Below, piece after piece: positions 27,578 to 40,561 of a DNA stretch of 64,000 nt. The notes under the pieces are model-generated. The model was not told the origin of the DNA. It did no database searches and saw only the letters and a program-made list of their open reading frames with translations. How positions within the stretch are numbered: position 1 is the stretch's first letter; each line of letters begins with the position of its first letter. Source of the stretch: Eledone cirrhosa (taxonomy: Eukaryota); the NCBI GenBank assembly GCA_964016885.1, contig OZ024745.1, positions 110,236,001 to 110,300,000 of the forward strand, read 5' to 3'. The translations under genes and the position numbers were made by a program.

Positions 27578-28699
27578 TGATAATTATATTAAGAAGTACA
27601 GAAAATCGTTATCTTCACTTTTTATGGAGTCATATGAGCTCCGTCCTGCCATATAATGTGTCTTGGGTATTTTAATATCTGGTTGAGCCCACTGTTCGTC
27701 TGTAAGTCAGAACACAAGGAATATCCTCCAGAAGGTGCACAAGAGAAAGAGAGACAGAGAAATAACCTACCCCAGTACTATTTATCAACCTCAAAAGGAT
27801 GAAAGGCAAAGTTAACATCGATGGGATCTGAACTCAGAAAATAGTGAAGGCATCTTTTAATCTGATGCTCTAACATCTCTGTCAACTCATCACCTTAGAG
27901 AGACAGAGACTACTGAAATTGAATTATAAATTATTATTTTCTATTTGTTTAGAAAGTAAACCTGATTAATATATTAATAGGAAAAAAAAATAGAGGCTAC
28001 TAAGTTTTCTAAGAGTTACACGATGAGCTTATAAGATAATAACAAAGTTAGCCAAAATTCTGTTTAAGAAGATTATATTAGTTTCTGGAGTTTTCAGTGA
28101 AGTATATAAGTTATGATATTGTAGACATAATGTTCACCAATAAAATATAATATTAAAAAACCTACATTTCTAAAATATAGACAAGATACTAAACCAATCA
28201 TCAAATACATTGTGTTTTTCATGTAACCATTATTTTTGGTGAGATAGTTCATTGCAATGCACAATGGACAAATGTCTTCTACTATAGCCCCGAGTTGACT
28301 AATGCCTTCTGAGTGAAATTTGGTAGACAGAAATTGAATAAAACCTGTCATATATAAATGTATGTATCTCTCTCTGTGCTTGTGTTTATGTTTACTATTC
28401 ATTTATGTCATATAAATTATAGTTCGACAAAAAAAAGATCAAATAAATAAGAACCAGGCTTGAAAACAAAATTAAATGCTGTGGTGGTGTCCTAGCATAC
28501 CTGCAGTCTAATGAATGAAACCAGTTTCTTGGGTGGTAGATTTAATGTTTAACCCTTTTGTTAATCTATTTCTAATGCAGGAGCTGTCTATTTGAAAATT
28601 ATGATAAAAATTTTGGATGAAGTTAATGAAATAACAAACATTTCCATTAGTAAGTCGATGTTTGGAATATTATAACAAATATTTCTTAAATAATATAAT

Positions 28700-28880
28700 T
28701 GTTTCTACTTTTGGCACAAGGCCAGCAATTACCCAGTACATTACTGGTACTTTATTTTATCGACCCTGTAAGGATGAAAGGCAAAGTTAACCTTGTCGGG
28801 ATTTGAACTCAGACCATAAAGGGCCATAACTCTTTGCTGCAAAGCATGGCATCCGACTCTCTACTGATACTGCCAATCCA
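28700..28880 (-). mobile_element. SINE family C with 12-bp TSD
   Basis: AAATAATATAAT at 28688-28699 and 28881-28892. Confidence 0.85.
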
Positions 28881-28909
28881 AAATAATATAATGACAAGAG
28901 GTTTCAATA

Positions 28910-29183
28910 TATTGTATATACTCGAATACAAGCCAAGGAATATGTGACCAAAAAATTGATGGTAAAATGGAGGTTCGGCTTATTTTGAGGATTTTCACGA
29001 ACTTTGAATATATATATATAAGAGATGTAAATAAGATGCTATAATATCTGGAGTGAAACACTTTTTCTACATTTGCTATATCATCAGGAGTTTTATTTAT
29101 GCACTGCCTTGAGAACATTCCCATTTATGTGTGAGAAATAGACAAAAATTAGGGGGTCGGTTTATATTCGAGTATATACATTA
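28910..29183. mobile_element. Tc1/pogo-type MITE
   Basis: TIRs TGTATATACTCGAATACAAGCC / GGTTTATATTCGAGTATATACA; TA at both ends. Confidence 0.7.
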
Positions 29184-30790
29184 AGTATGAACATTTCAAA
29201 AAGAGCAGATGTGTATCATAAAGCCAGAGTAGTTTTAGGCAGGTTGGTATCTGGTTCATCAGTGTTTTTCGCAGACTCTTCTTTGTTGCAAGTATTCGGG
29301 TTAAATCCCTATTTTAAGGATACCTTTCTTCCCTCCTGCAAAAGGCCCCTGTAAAAATACCAGGAACACTTCCTGTCCTCCTGAATAAGTGATAAAAAAG
29401 AAAACTAACCATATTGGAAAGCATAGTTGCCATTTCACTTCTTATTATTGTCATTATTTGATTGAGATTGATAGCAAATTCTTCTGCCAAGTGAGCTAAA
29501 ATATTCACCAAATGTTCAATAAAGACTGATTGACTAATGTCATTACAGTATTACAGTGAGAAACATCATCATAAAAATCAATTATATGATATTTCAAGAC
29601 ATTTCGTCCATGTTTTTCTTTCAGATCAAACTTACATTAATTTATTCCTGTCTTCAGCTTTTTCTTTACATAGGTACTGAATAAAACAAATCTTAGGTTT
29701 ACTTCCCAACTCTTTATCTATCATTCTTTACTATTTTCCAGCAGATTTTATATTTAGATAAAAAGCATAGTTTAATTTAGGCTATTATACTAAGATGATG
29801 TGTTTATTTAGGAAATCCACTTCACTCTGAAGACGGCTAAAAGGCTACATAGATGACAGCTTTGATCAGATGCCAGGAAAAGCTTTCTTCAGGAAGTATT
29901 CTACCAGCATGGGTTTGACAGTCTAGCACAGTTCCACAGCTAATGGCAGAATTAAAACAAAGTATTCGATAATATGGAATCATTTCAAAAGTATGATGCA
30001 TTAAACCTACATACCCTTTAAGCTTTTATGTCAAATGAACCCTTTCTACAGAAAATTATATTTGTAACAGATGATCCAGGAATATGTTTGTATGTAACAT
30101 GCATATGAGTGAATGTCTTTAATATTATATAAAAAGAAGAAAAAGGTATGTTTGCATTATTCAAATACAAACATTAAAGTGGATAAAAGAAGAAACATTT
30201 CCCTGTGACAATTAAATCCATGTTTCTTTTGTTGATAGCTTGGAGTAATTATCACTTTGCAATAACAAATTTTTCTATTATGTTTGGTAATACAATAATT
30301 GTTTCTACTTTTGGCACAAGGCCAGCAATTAACCAGTGTATTACTGGTACTTTATTTTATCGACCCCGTAAGGATGAAAGGCAAAGTTAACCTTGGTGGG
30401 ATTTGAACTCAGAATGGCAATACAATAATAACAATACAGATGGTCTGAAAATCTTTTATGAGTCCTTACATATTTTTTAATTATTTTATTTTTTAATTGT
30501 TTCAGTCAATTGAGTACAACAATGCTAGGGCACCACCTTGATTTAGTCAATGCTTAATTTTTCAAGTGTGGTATTTATTTTATTGACTTTTTTTTCCTCA
30601 AATCACTAAATTAAATGACCTAAACAGACACATATATGTACACACACACACACACACATATATATACATATACACACAATCTAATGAAGGTGCTTTTCAC
30701 ACATCCCACCATTTTGGTCTTGTTTTACTTTTCTTTTTTTATGTCTTTTATTTCTACTTCTGTACCATTTACACTTACTTTTTGCTTGTG

Positions 30791-30840
<50 letters not shown>

Positions 30841-32889
30841 TTATATAATGGACATGTGATGCGTATGAAGGATGACAGCTGTATAAAAAGGTGCAGAGTG
30901 CTCAAAGTTGATGGAAGCCATGGAGTGGAAGACTTGGGATGAGGTGATAAAAGCTGACCTTGCCAAATTGTCCCTCTCAAATCTGATGACACATGACTGA
31001 GATCTCTGGCATTATGTAGTAATACAGAAGACCCACCTTCCCATGAGCACATGACAAAAAGTGCCCAGTACCCTGTCAAGTGGTTGTCATGGCGACACAA
31101 CAAAAAGCACCCAGTACATATTGTAAATGTGGTAGGTGTTAGGAAGGGCATCCAGCTGTAGAAACCAAGCAAAAATCAGTTCTGTATGAGCAAGAAATGG
31201 TCACCTTACCTGGTATTTCTCACAACAGAACAACTCGTCTAACCCATGCTGGCATGGAAAAATGGATGTTAAATGGTGATGATGATGACCATGATAATGG
31301 GTTTCCATTCAAATTCCACTCACAAGACATTGGTCAAATTAAGACTATAATAGAAAACAGCAGGACTGAATCCAGGACCCACTGGTTGCAAGGCAAATTC
31401 CTTAATTATTCAGCTTTACCTGCACATATTTTAATATGCCTTTTTACTGTTGTTTGGCTAAGGTGAAGATTTATCTTCCTATTCTGAATGTAATGACATT
31501 ATTCAATTTAAGGAACTGGATTTCTGATGATCTCAACGATTTACAATTTTTAGTTTTAACTGCTGTATATTTATGGCAGGAGACCCAGGTATAGACCCTA
31601 AGCAAGATGGTTGGGTAATATGTATAAGCTTGGTTGAAAGATCTGCAAAGGTTATGAATCACAAGATAAGCTAAATTCTTTTACAATTTCTTAACAACTG
31701 TTACTGAGTGTATTTTATTTTATAATGTGGAAAGTGATAAGAGGCTAAACAATGCAAAGTTGACTGTAAGATGAAGGTAATGAAAAAGTAAGTTACCTGG
31801 AAATCTTTATTTTGATTTTTGTTTTTTGTTGTTGTTGCTGTTGTTTCTTTTGTCCTAATATTTTAGGACTTAAAATTCCCTTCTTCAGAGTTTAAGGAAC
31901 TTTCAGAGAAAAATGTTCCAGTTTCTTCTCTTTGTATTATATTTTCTGACTCCTTTTTCTAACCTGATGATTTTAAACATATTTTCTAGCCAATTCAAAG
32001 CTTCAGTTTAGAAATCCATAGTGCTAAAGTTTTACAAGTGTAAGTTAGTAAAGTATCTATTTGTGAAATTGGACTCAACATTTTCAACTTCCAGTAAAAT
32101 AAATTGAAAAAATGACCATTGAAATTCTATCTTGCTCAAAATACTAACACTAAAAACTATTCATTGTAATATTATATGGATAGTATTTTTACTTATGTTT
32201 TAGCCAAGGATTCAAATAATTTATCTACAACTCACATATAGTATGGTGGTCTAATCTTCCTTAATCCACTCAGATGATTGTTCTACATAATGATGCACAT
32301 CTATGGCAGTGAAATATGATGAAATAGTAAATTTTTCATCAATTGAGGGCGAAGCAAGCAGAATAAAAAAACACTAACCCTTTATATACTGATGCTGATT
32401 AGAAAAGGCTATATTCAGGAGGAAAGTAGTTTTCAGGACACATTTATTTTAATTCTATTATTTTTTTTTTCAGAGATAATTGAGAAAAGGGGAGGTATTT
32501 GTAGCCAAAACCATCAGCCAATTAGTCTGTTGCATATTATTCAAGCACACTAATGAGAATAAAATCTTTTTTATATATGTCAATTTAAAAGTTTTAAAGA
32601 AATATATCTTTTGTGCTTCACTTCTATCAGTTGTTTCTCAGCAACTTTACATAAACAGAAGTCAACACACTTGCTTACATTAAGAAAACAACAACAACAA
32701 AATAATACTTTTTTGCTATGTGTATCTATCTATGTATATAAAAACACATGCACAGATACATACACATGCATACATACACATATACATACACACATACATA
32801 CATACACACATATGCTGTTTGAATATCCAAAGGGTGGAGAGAATCGTGTATGAAGAGTTAGATAGTGTCTTTATACAGAGAATAGACAA

Positions 32890-32974
32890 AAATATACACG
32901 CACACACATATATATATATATATATATACATACATGTATATGTGTATATATATATATATATGTATATGTATATA

Positions 32975-33019
<45 letters not shown>

Positions 33020-33131
33020 ATACATATATATATATACACACGCACAAACATACACATATATATACACACACACATAAACATACATATATATATATATATA
33101 TACACACATGTATATATATATACACACAAAC

Positions 33132-33164
<33 letters not shown>

Positions 33165-33327
33165 TATACACACTCACACACAAACATACATATATATATA
33201 TATATACACAAACATATATATATATATAAGTATATATATATATATATACATATATATACACAAACATATATATATATATAAGTATATATATATATATATA
33301 TATACACAAACATATATATATATATAA

Positions 33328-33374
<47 letters not shown>

Positions 33375-33497
33375 TACACACTCACACACAAACATACATA
33401 CATATATATACACAAACATATATATATATATAAGTATATATATATATACATATATACACACTCACACACAAACATACATATATATATATACACAAAC

Positions 33498-33549
<52 letters not shown>

Positions 33550-33561
33550 TATATACACACA

Positions 33562-33592
<31 letters not shown>
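32890..33592. repeat. Compound (TA)n microsatellite with higher-order ACACAAACATATA units
   Basis: Directly visible. Confidence 0.95.
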
Positions 33593-33597
<5 letters not shown>

Positions 33598-33952
33598 GTG
33601 TGCATCTAACTGTTAATACATTTTATCTATACATATCAATTGCCAGGTCCATCTTTGCCTGAAACATTGGACTTATATTATAATGATTAGCAAGAATTAT
33701 TGGTTTCATGTGAATACTATTTATTTTACTGCATGTATTTATTCGTAGTTCTTTGATATTCTTACTATTTATTACCTATATGATTGTTTTCTAGCATTGA
33801 TTTAATTAAAAACAAGATAATTTCTTCTATATAAGTTAATCTATATATCTATATATCTCTCTCTATATATATAGCTATATATATATATATATAATATCTT
33901 TGCCCTGCCCTGACCAACCCTTGCCAGCAGGGAAATCAGATGATATACACAG

Positions 33953-33993
<41 letters not shown>

Positions 33994-34185
33994 TGCGTTT
34001 GCTATATTTATGTGCATGGAATTGCAAGTAAGTAAAAATGGTCATGTCTATGTAAATTATATATAATTATTTGGTTTTCATTTTGTTGTTTTTGTTGTCT
34101 TTTATTTTTCTTCCTTGACAGCAGAATAGAATTTTACAACCTAATTGAAATTGAGATGTTTGATTATTCCTCTAAACTTTGGGCA

Positions 34186-34220
<35 letters not shown>

Positions 34221-34798
34221 TACTGATAAAAAAAAAACACTAAAATATTAAGATAAACTTATCAAATCAAAAATATAGTCATAAATTTCCAGTGTTTGTA
34301 TCTTAAACATTGCCATTATTTTTGATAACAGCTTTTCTTAATTAGTGGCCAAGTATCACTAAGTACACCAGTGACTGAAAACTGTTTATAGTTTCTGAAA
34401 CACTTCATCAATTTAATGACGAACCCACCCTTACCTATGAATGGGTATGTGCAAAGACACACACACACACATACGTGCATGTGCACACACACACACACAC
34501 ACATACATATATACATAGAACTATCTACAACTTACAAAGTTAGTTTAATAGAGATGTACTTATAGTCAAAATTATGAGAGAAAAATATTAAAATTTTGCA
34601 AACTTATTGACATTAAAAATCCATTCAAGATTTTAGTATTTGACTGCAATTAAAGAGTATATCATCGTTAACTTTGCCTTTCATCCTTACGGGGGTCGAT
34701 AAAATAAAGTACCAGTAATACACTGGGTTATTGCTGGCCTTGTGCGAAAAGTAGAAACAAGTATCATTTAACACTGTTTCTACCCCACCTCTACACCT

Positions 34799-35075
34799 GT
34801 TTCCTTGAGCAAGACACTTTAGTTCACATTGCTCCAGTTTACTCAGCTGTAGAAATGAGATGTTAGGGACTGGGGTCCCTATCATTCCACTGCAAAGTGG
34901 TCGTGGATGTGCCACGGCAAAAAACGCACCCAGCACTCAGGAAGGGCATCCAGCTGAAGAAATCAAGCCAGAATCAATTCCCATCCCACCCTTGCAAGCA
35001 GAGAAAAAGCAGACGTAAAATGATGATGATGATGATATATTGGTCTATTGCCATGAGGCTTGAGGAACCTGATGA

Positions 35076-35117
<42 letters not shown>

Positions 35118-35458
35118 CATCATCATCATCATCATCATTTTACGTCCACTTTTCTTGCAAGGGTGGGACGGGAACAGATTCTGGCTTGATTTCTACAGCT
35201 GGATGCCCTTCCTAACACCAACCTCATTTACTGTGAGTGCTGGGTGCGTTTTTTGCCGTGGCACATCCACGACCACTTTGCAGTGGAATGATATGGACCC
35301 CAGTCCCTATCATCTCATTTCTATAGCTGAGTAAACTGGAGCAATGTGAAATAAAGTGTCTTGCTCAAGGAAACAACACATCACCCGGTCTGAGAATTGA
35401 ACTCACAACCTTTCGATTGCAAGGCCAATGCTCTAACCACTAAGCCATGTGCCTTCAT
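34799..35458. mobile_element. Tail-to-tail pair of family B SINEs (34799-35035 plus, headless; 35118-35458 minus, full-length)
   Basis: Both match 56681-57031, in opposite orientations. Confidence 0.9.
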
Positions 35459-35466
35459 ATATATAA

Positions 35467-35728
35467 GTCTAAAGCCAGAAGGCTCATTAGGCCGGTGCTT
35501 ATTCCGGTTTCATGGCATGAAGTGAGTGAGAGAATAAGACTCCCCCTTTGATAGGACGCCAGTCCAGTGAAGGATTGAACTCCCAGCTACTCATTTTCAG
35601 CTGACTATATGGGAGTAATGTGAAATGAAGTGTTTTGTTCAAGAATAAAACACACAACCTAGGAATCGAACCCATGACATTATGCTCGTAAGTCCAACAC
35701 ACTTACCACTAGGCCACATGCCTCCACT
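35467..35728 (-). mobile_element. SINE family F
   Basis: Colinear with 7065-7340. Confidence 0.8.
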
Positions 35729-36335
<607 letters not shown>

Positions 36336-36400
36336 ATATATATATATGTGTGTATATATATATATATATACACACACACACATATGTATATATATATATA

Positions 36401-36494
36401 GATGAGGTCATAGCCAGTCAATGGCTATCATCGAAATATATATAGCTGTAAATAAAGGATTATGGGTTCATGCAATTGACTTATGTTTCGTCAC

Positions 36495-36497
<3 letters not shown>
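36401..36497 (+). mobile_element. 5'-truncated PLE end with partial hammerhead
   Basis: GATGA-GGTCATAGCCA-GTCAA-TGGCTATCATC-GAAA-(TA)4-GCTGT; same architecture as 48727-48785. Confidence 0.6.
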
Positions 36498-36526
<29 letters not shown>

Positions 36527-36676
36527 CAGTATTTTCCGTTGTGTTGTAATATAAATATTACACACAGTAGATTATCAGCTCACGTAGAGTTTGCTCGACG
36601 GTTCCAGTTGTAGTTCCAAAAGTAATCCGGAGAAAAATAGAAAGATTTGAATGGATACAGTTTAGTTGAAAGGAAT

Positions 36677-36796
36677 TTATTGACACGTGTTTCTATAACA
36701 GTTACATAACCTAAAACAGCTGCTATCTACAAACTTTTAGTTATGCAGACATTCAATATTTCAATGTTATTATTTACTGTCATTTCATCAGAATAA
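36677..36796 (-). ncRNA. Type I hammerhead ribozyme with large stem II insertion
   Basis: Minus strand: TTATT-CTGATGA-AA-TGACAGT...ACTGTTA-TA-GAAAC-ACGT-GTC^-AATAA; stem I TTATT/AATAA, GUC site. Confidence 0.8.
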
Positions 36797-37352
36797 TATT
36801 ACTGAGGACCTATTTAGTTTTTATAGAGAATATTAGGAGGGAGGGGTGAAGTTGTTAGAAGAATAGTTGAAGGAGTGGTTTTTCGATAGCAGTGAGAATT
36901 CTTGGTGGCAGTGAGTAATTAGATTCCCATCTGTTGTTTTGACATTTTTTATAGAATATATTATTGGTTATTTTTCTAAATCTATAGAAGGATTAGAGAT
37001 AGTAAAGATATGCGTGGTTGGTTTTGTGTTTGCACTTAATTAACATTCAGACTTAAATTTTTCTTTCAAGTGTACGTATCCTTTCACCCACGCATTCACA
37101 CACAAATATATTTGCACACCTCTACAAAATACATATACTCACAATTCACATATTCATACTTACATATATATACACATGCATACACATATATATACACACA
37201 TGTATTCATGTACATACATACGCGCTCATGTGTATACATTTTCATACTCAACTTATCTTTATATACACACGTATAGACACACACATATATACATACATAC
37301 TCTAGTCCATGTGTACACACATACACATACATACACATCCATATACACATAT

Positions 37353-37413
<61 letters not shown>

Positions 37414-37680
37414 CACTTTAATACATGAATACACTTACATCTAACTATACACATCAAACATATATATATATTTACTTATTTATATACATTTTCACATATA
37501 TATACATACTTATGGACGTTTTTAGACACATTCATTATCGCATATTTGTACCTATTCTCATCAACATATCTTTCCATTATTAGTGTGGTAATTTAAGGTT
37601 ATTAATATATGTTGAGAAGAGATTGTTTTTATATTTTTCTAACTAGATTAAGGTTTATATAGTTGGGGGATGTCCCTCTT

Positions 37681-38358
37681 TTATGTAATGTTCGGCTTGT
37701 AGTGGGAAAAAAGGGTTTTAGTTCTGTGGCGGCAGAATAATGTTCGTTCAATTCTGTTATTCAGCAGTTTCTTCTTGTGTGTGATTATGTAATAAATCTC
37801 AAGATTACACAATTTGCAGAAATTTTGGCTCCTGGAAAAGCTTTGGGTTTTAGCTAATTTTTCCCATTTTAGGGTAAACTTTTGATCGCTATCCCTGAGC
37901 GTCCAAGCTTTTTCTGCTAAAGTTGTTACATTTCTTTGGCTCTGGTGTTTTATTGAGTAAGAATGCCTATACAATCGAGATTTAAACGATGTTGCCGTTG
38001 ATCCCACGTAATACCACTCGTTGCCTCCGGATTTAATGGTACACTTATAAATAATTTTTTTTTCCAGGCAGTTATTGCCGAGGGGGCAGTTGTCAGGATA
38101 GGTGCAGTTACAGTTGTGTACGTTGGGTTTTCTCTGGAGTAGTATTGCGGACGAACTTAGGTGTGGTTTATTTATGTTCTGTAGTGTATTGTCTACTGTT
38201 TTTTTTGTGTTCTTTGTACTTAAGTTCTTAGTGTTTTCGTTTAACCTTCTAGTATTGATCTTTTTTATGTGTTGTTCAAGGTTTAACGCTGTAGAGTATG
38301 ACAGTCTTATAGTGGTAGGGTTTAGGATTTTGTGGTATTTGTGTGATGTGGGAAAATG
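37681..38358 (-). CDS. C-terminal GIY-YIG endonuclease of a Penelope-like element (partial ORF, RT missing)
   Basis: HFPTSHKYHKILN..LSYS; CNCx5Cx5C; IIY..YVGST..FKSRLYRH; CKLCNLE; LLNN; CRH; about 225 codons without a stop. Confidence 0.9.
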   Translation of the reverse strand, partial: HFPTSHKYHKILNPTTIRLSYSTALNLEQHIKKINTRRLNENTKNLSTKNTKKTVDNTLQNINKPHLSSSAILLQRKPNVHNCNCTYPDNCPLGNNCLEKKIIYKCTIKSGGNEWYYVGSTATSFKSRLYRHSYSIKHQSQRNVTTLAEKAWTLRDSDQKFTLKWEKLAKTQSFSRSQNFCKLCNLEIYYIITHKKKLLNNRIERTLFCRHRTKTLFSHYKPNIT

Positions 38359-38715
38359 ATGATGATGATGATGATGAAACATGGTTGACAGAATACATGT
38401 GTGCTTATTATCAGAAAAAACTTTTTTCCATTCCTTCCTCTTCTTACTCTCTATCTTTCGTTTTCATCTTTTGTTTCTCATTCTATATTCTGATGAAGAA
38501 CTAGTGTCAAAGAGGTAAAGACTCTTTTCCTATTATATCAAGCATTAAACTAATATATTTCTTCAATGAAAATCGTTTCTGATTTAGGCATCAGGCCAAC
38601 AATTTTGGGGGGAGAGGAAAGTCAATTAAATTGACCTCAGTGCGTAACTGGTATGATGGCAATATGTATAGTATATGTTGCTAAATAATATATAGTTACT
38701 ATTTCAATGTTCTGT

Positions 38716-39425
38716 ATGTATCCAGTTTAGAATAATACACCATAACTTTGCTGCATGTTGATAGAGAGGACTACAAGGGTTAGCAACAGAAACAATAGCC
38801 ATCCATGTATCCAGTTTAGAATAATACACCATAACTTTGCTGCATGTTGATAGAGAGGACTACAAGGGTTAGCAACAGAAACAATAGCCATCCATGTATC
38901 CAGTTTAGAATAATACACCATAACTTTGCTGCATGTTGATAGAGAGGACTACAAGGGTTAGCAACAGAAACAATAGCCATCCATGTATCCAGTTTAGAAT
39001 AATACACCATAACTTTGCTGCATGTTGATAGAGAGGACTACAAGGGTTAGCAACAGAAACAATAGCCATCCATGTATCTAATTTAGAATAATACACCATA
39101 ACTTTGCTGCATGTTGATAGAGAGGACTACAAGGGTTAGCAACAGAAACAATAGCCATCCATGTATCTAATTTAGAATAATACACCATAACTTTGCTGCA
39201 TGTTGATAGAGAGGACTACAAGGGTTAGCAACAGAAACAATAGCCATCCATGTATCTAATTTAGAATAATACACCATAACTTTGCTGCATGTTGATAGAG
39301 AGGACTACAAGGGTTAGCAACAGAAACAATAGCCATCCATGTATCTAATTTAGAATAATACACCATAACTCTGCCATGTTGAAAGATGGGGATAAAAGGG
39401 TTAGCAACAGAAATGATATCCACCC
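38716..39425. repeat. 89-bp tandem array: 7 near-identical units plus one diverged unit
   Basis: Unit starts ATGTATCYARTTTAGAATAATACACC at 38716, 38805, 38894, 38983, 39072, 39161, 39250, 39339. Confidence 0.97.
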
Positions 39426-40112
39426 AGTAATCAATGCCTCACAAAGAACACCACGATGTTTATAATCTACCTAGGGCGGGTAAAATTCGCGAGATCATTT
39501 TCTTTTTGTTTCAGAGACAGCTGATCCATCATCCACTGGTCCTCCCTGTGGCTCTAAGCCAGCAGAGTCATCATGACCAGAATGCTCCTTGACAGTGTAG
39601 TTAGGGGCTCTAACCCTAGTGCTCTTAAGTACACTCTCCATGGTTCTTTTCAATGGCTGATAATACCTTGCTGGCACCACTCGAGTAAGGTAATTATTTA
39701 ACCCATAAATGGGACCCTAACAGGTACTTCTACTCCAGGCCAGAGTAGACCTGGGAGGGAGTGATAACAATTATGGGGTAACTCCACTTTTCTCACAGCT
39801 CCTGGACTCCCTTGCCACTGGAAGCAGTTTAATGCCATACCCATGTTTATTAAAAAATCCTGTAATAGGGTCCAAAACCTAACTCCTGCTTTAGCAGGTA
39901 AATCAGCCTTAATCTGCTAATTTTGCTATTGTGTAAGGTAATCATAATGCAGAGTTACTTAAAGATTCTAATGTTTTGTACTCTTTTGATATGATACCAT
40001 TCAAAATATGATCAAAAATGTTGTTCTTGTTATTGTTTAGCCCCAGGTCAGTCTTATGATGTAGACCTATGATCAAAAGCTTTCTAGCCATGAACATTGC
40101 ATTTTTTTTGTA

Positions 40113-40561
40113 CTAGGATTTTTTTCAACATGCTGACGTGTATGTGTATATGTGGCCGTCCGTGTATGTGCATATGCATACATTTATATGTATGAGTATA
40201 TAAATATATATACATTTATATGTATGAGTATATAAATATATTTACATTTATATGTATGAGTATATAAATATATTTACATTTATATGTATGAGTATATAAA
40301 TATAAACGTGCAAAATAAATATAAATATAAACGTGCAAAAACAGACACAGTTGCCAAAATTCACACTCACATACATACATTCACACATATGCATTTACAC
40401 AATCACACATATGCTCACACACCACATAGCAAATGGAACACCAGTCACTGTTTTGCTATAGTTTTTTCACCATCCCCTTCCTTCCTTTTACACACACATA
40501 TTTTCACGCAAGCACACACACATTGACGGATGGACGGAAGTTGCTCGAATTTATATATAGA
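40113..40561 (-). mobile_element. Non-autonomous Helitron with internal 32-bp tandem repeats
   Basis: Minus strand begins A|TCTATATATAAATTCGAG and ends CTAG|T; internal TACATTTATATGTATGAGTATATAAATATAT x4. Confidence 0.65.

Larger units (their letters stand above)
36525..38358 (-). mobile_element. 5'-truncated Penelope-like retroelement (endonuclease, long 3' UTR, hammerhead, tail ending at (TA)n)
   Basis: GIY-YIG ORF followed on the same strand by a hammerhead, AATAAA and a tail abutting (TA)n. Confidence 0.8.

Noticed and set aside
29827-29850. Other CTGANGA heptamers (about 10181, 29827, 31963, 40767) as hammerheads
   Set aside because: I found no correctly placed stem II, GAAA and stem I
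38716-39425. 89-bp array as a CRISPR array or repeated small genes
   Set aside because: There are no unique spacers or cas genes and the context is eukaryotic; the identical 64-aa ORFs just reflect the periodicity
39495-39680. 61-aa minus ORF or plus-strand exon-like segment next to the 89-bp array
   Set aside because: No recognisable motif, and all three plus frames contain stops
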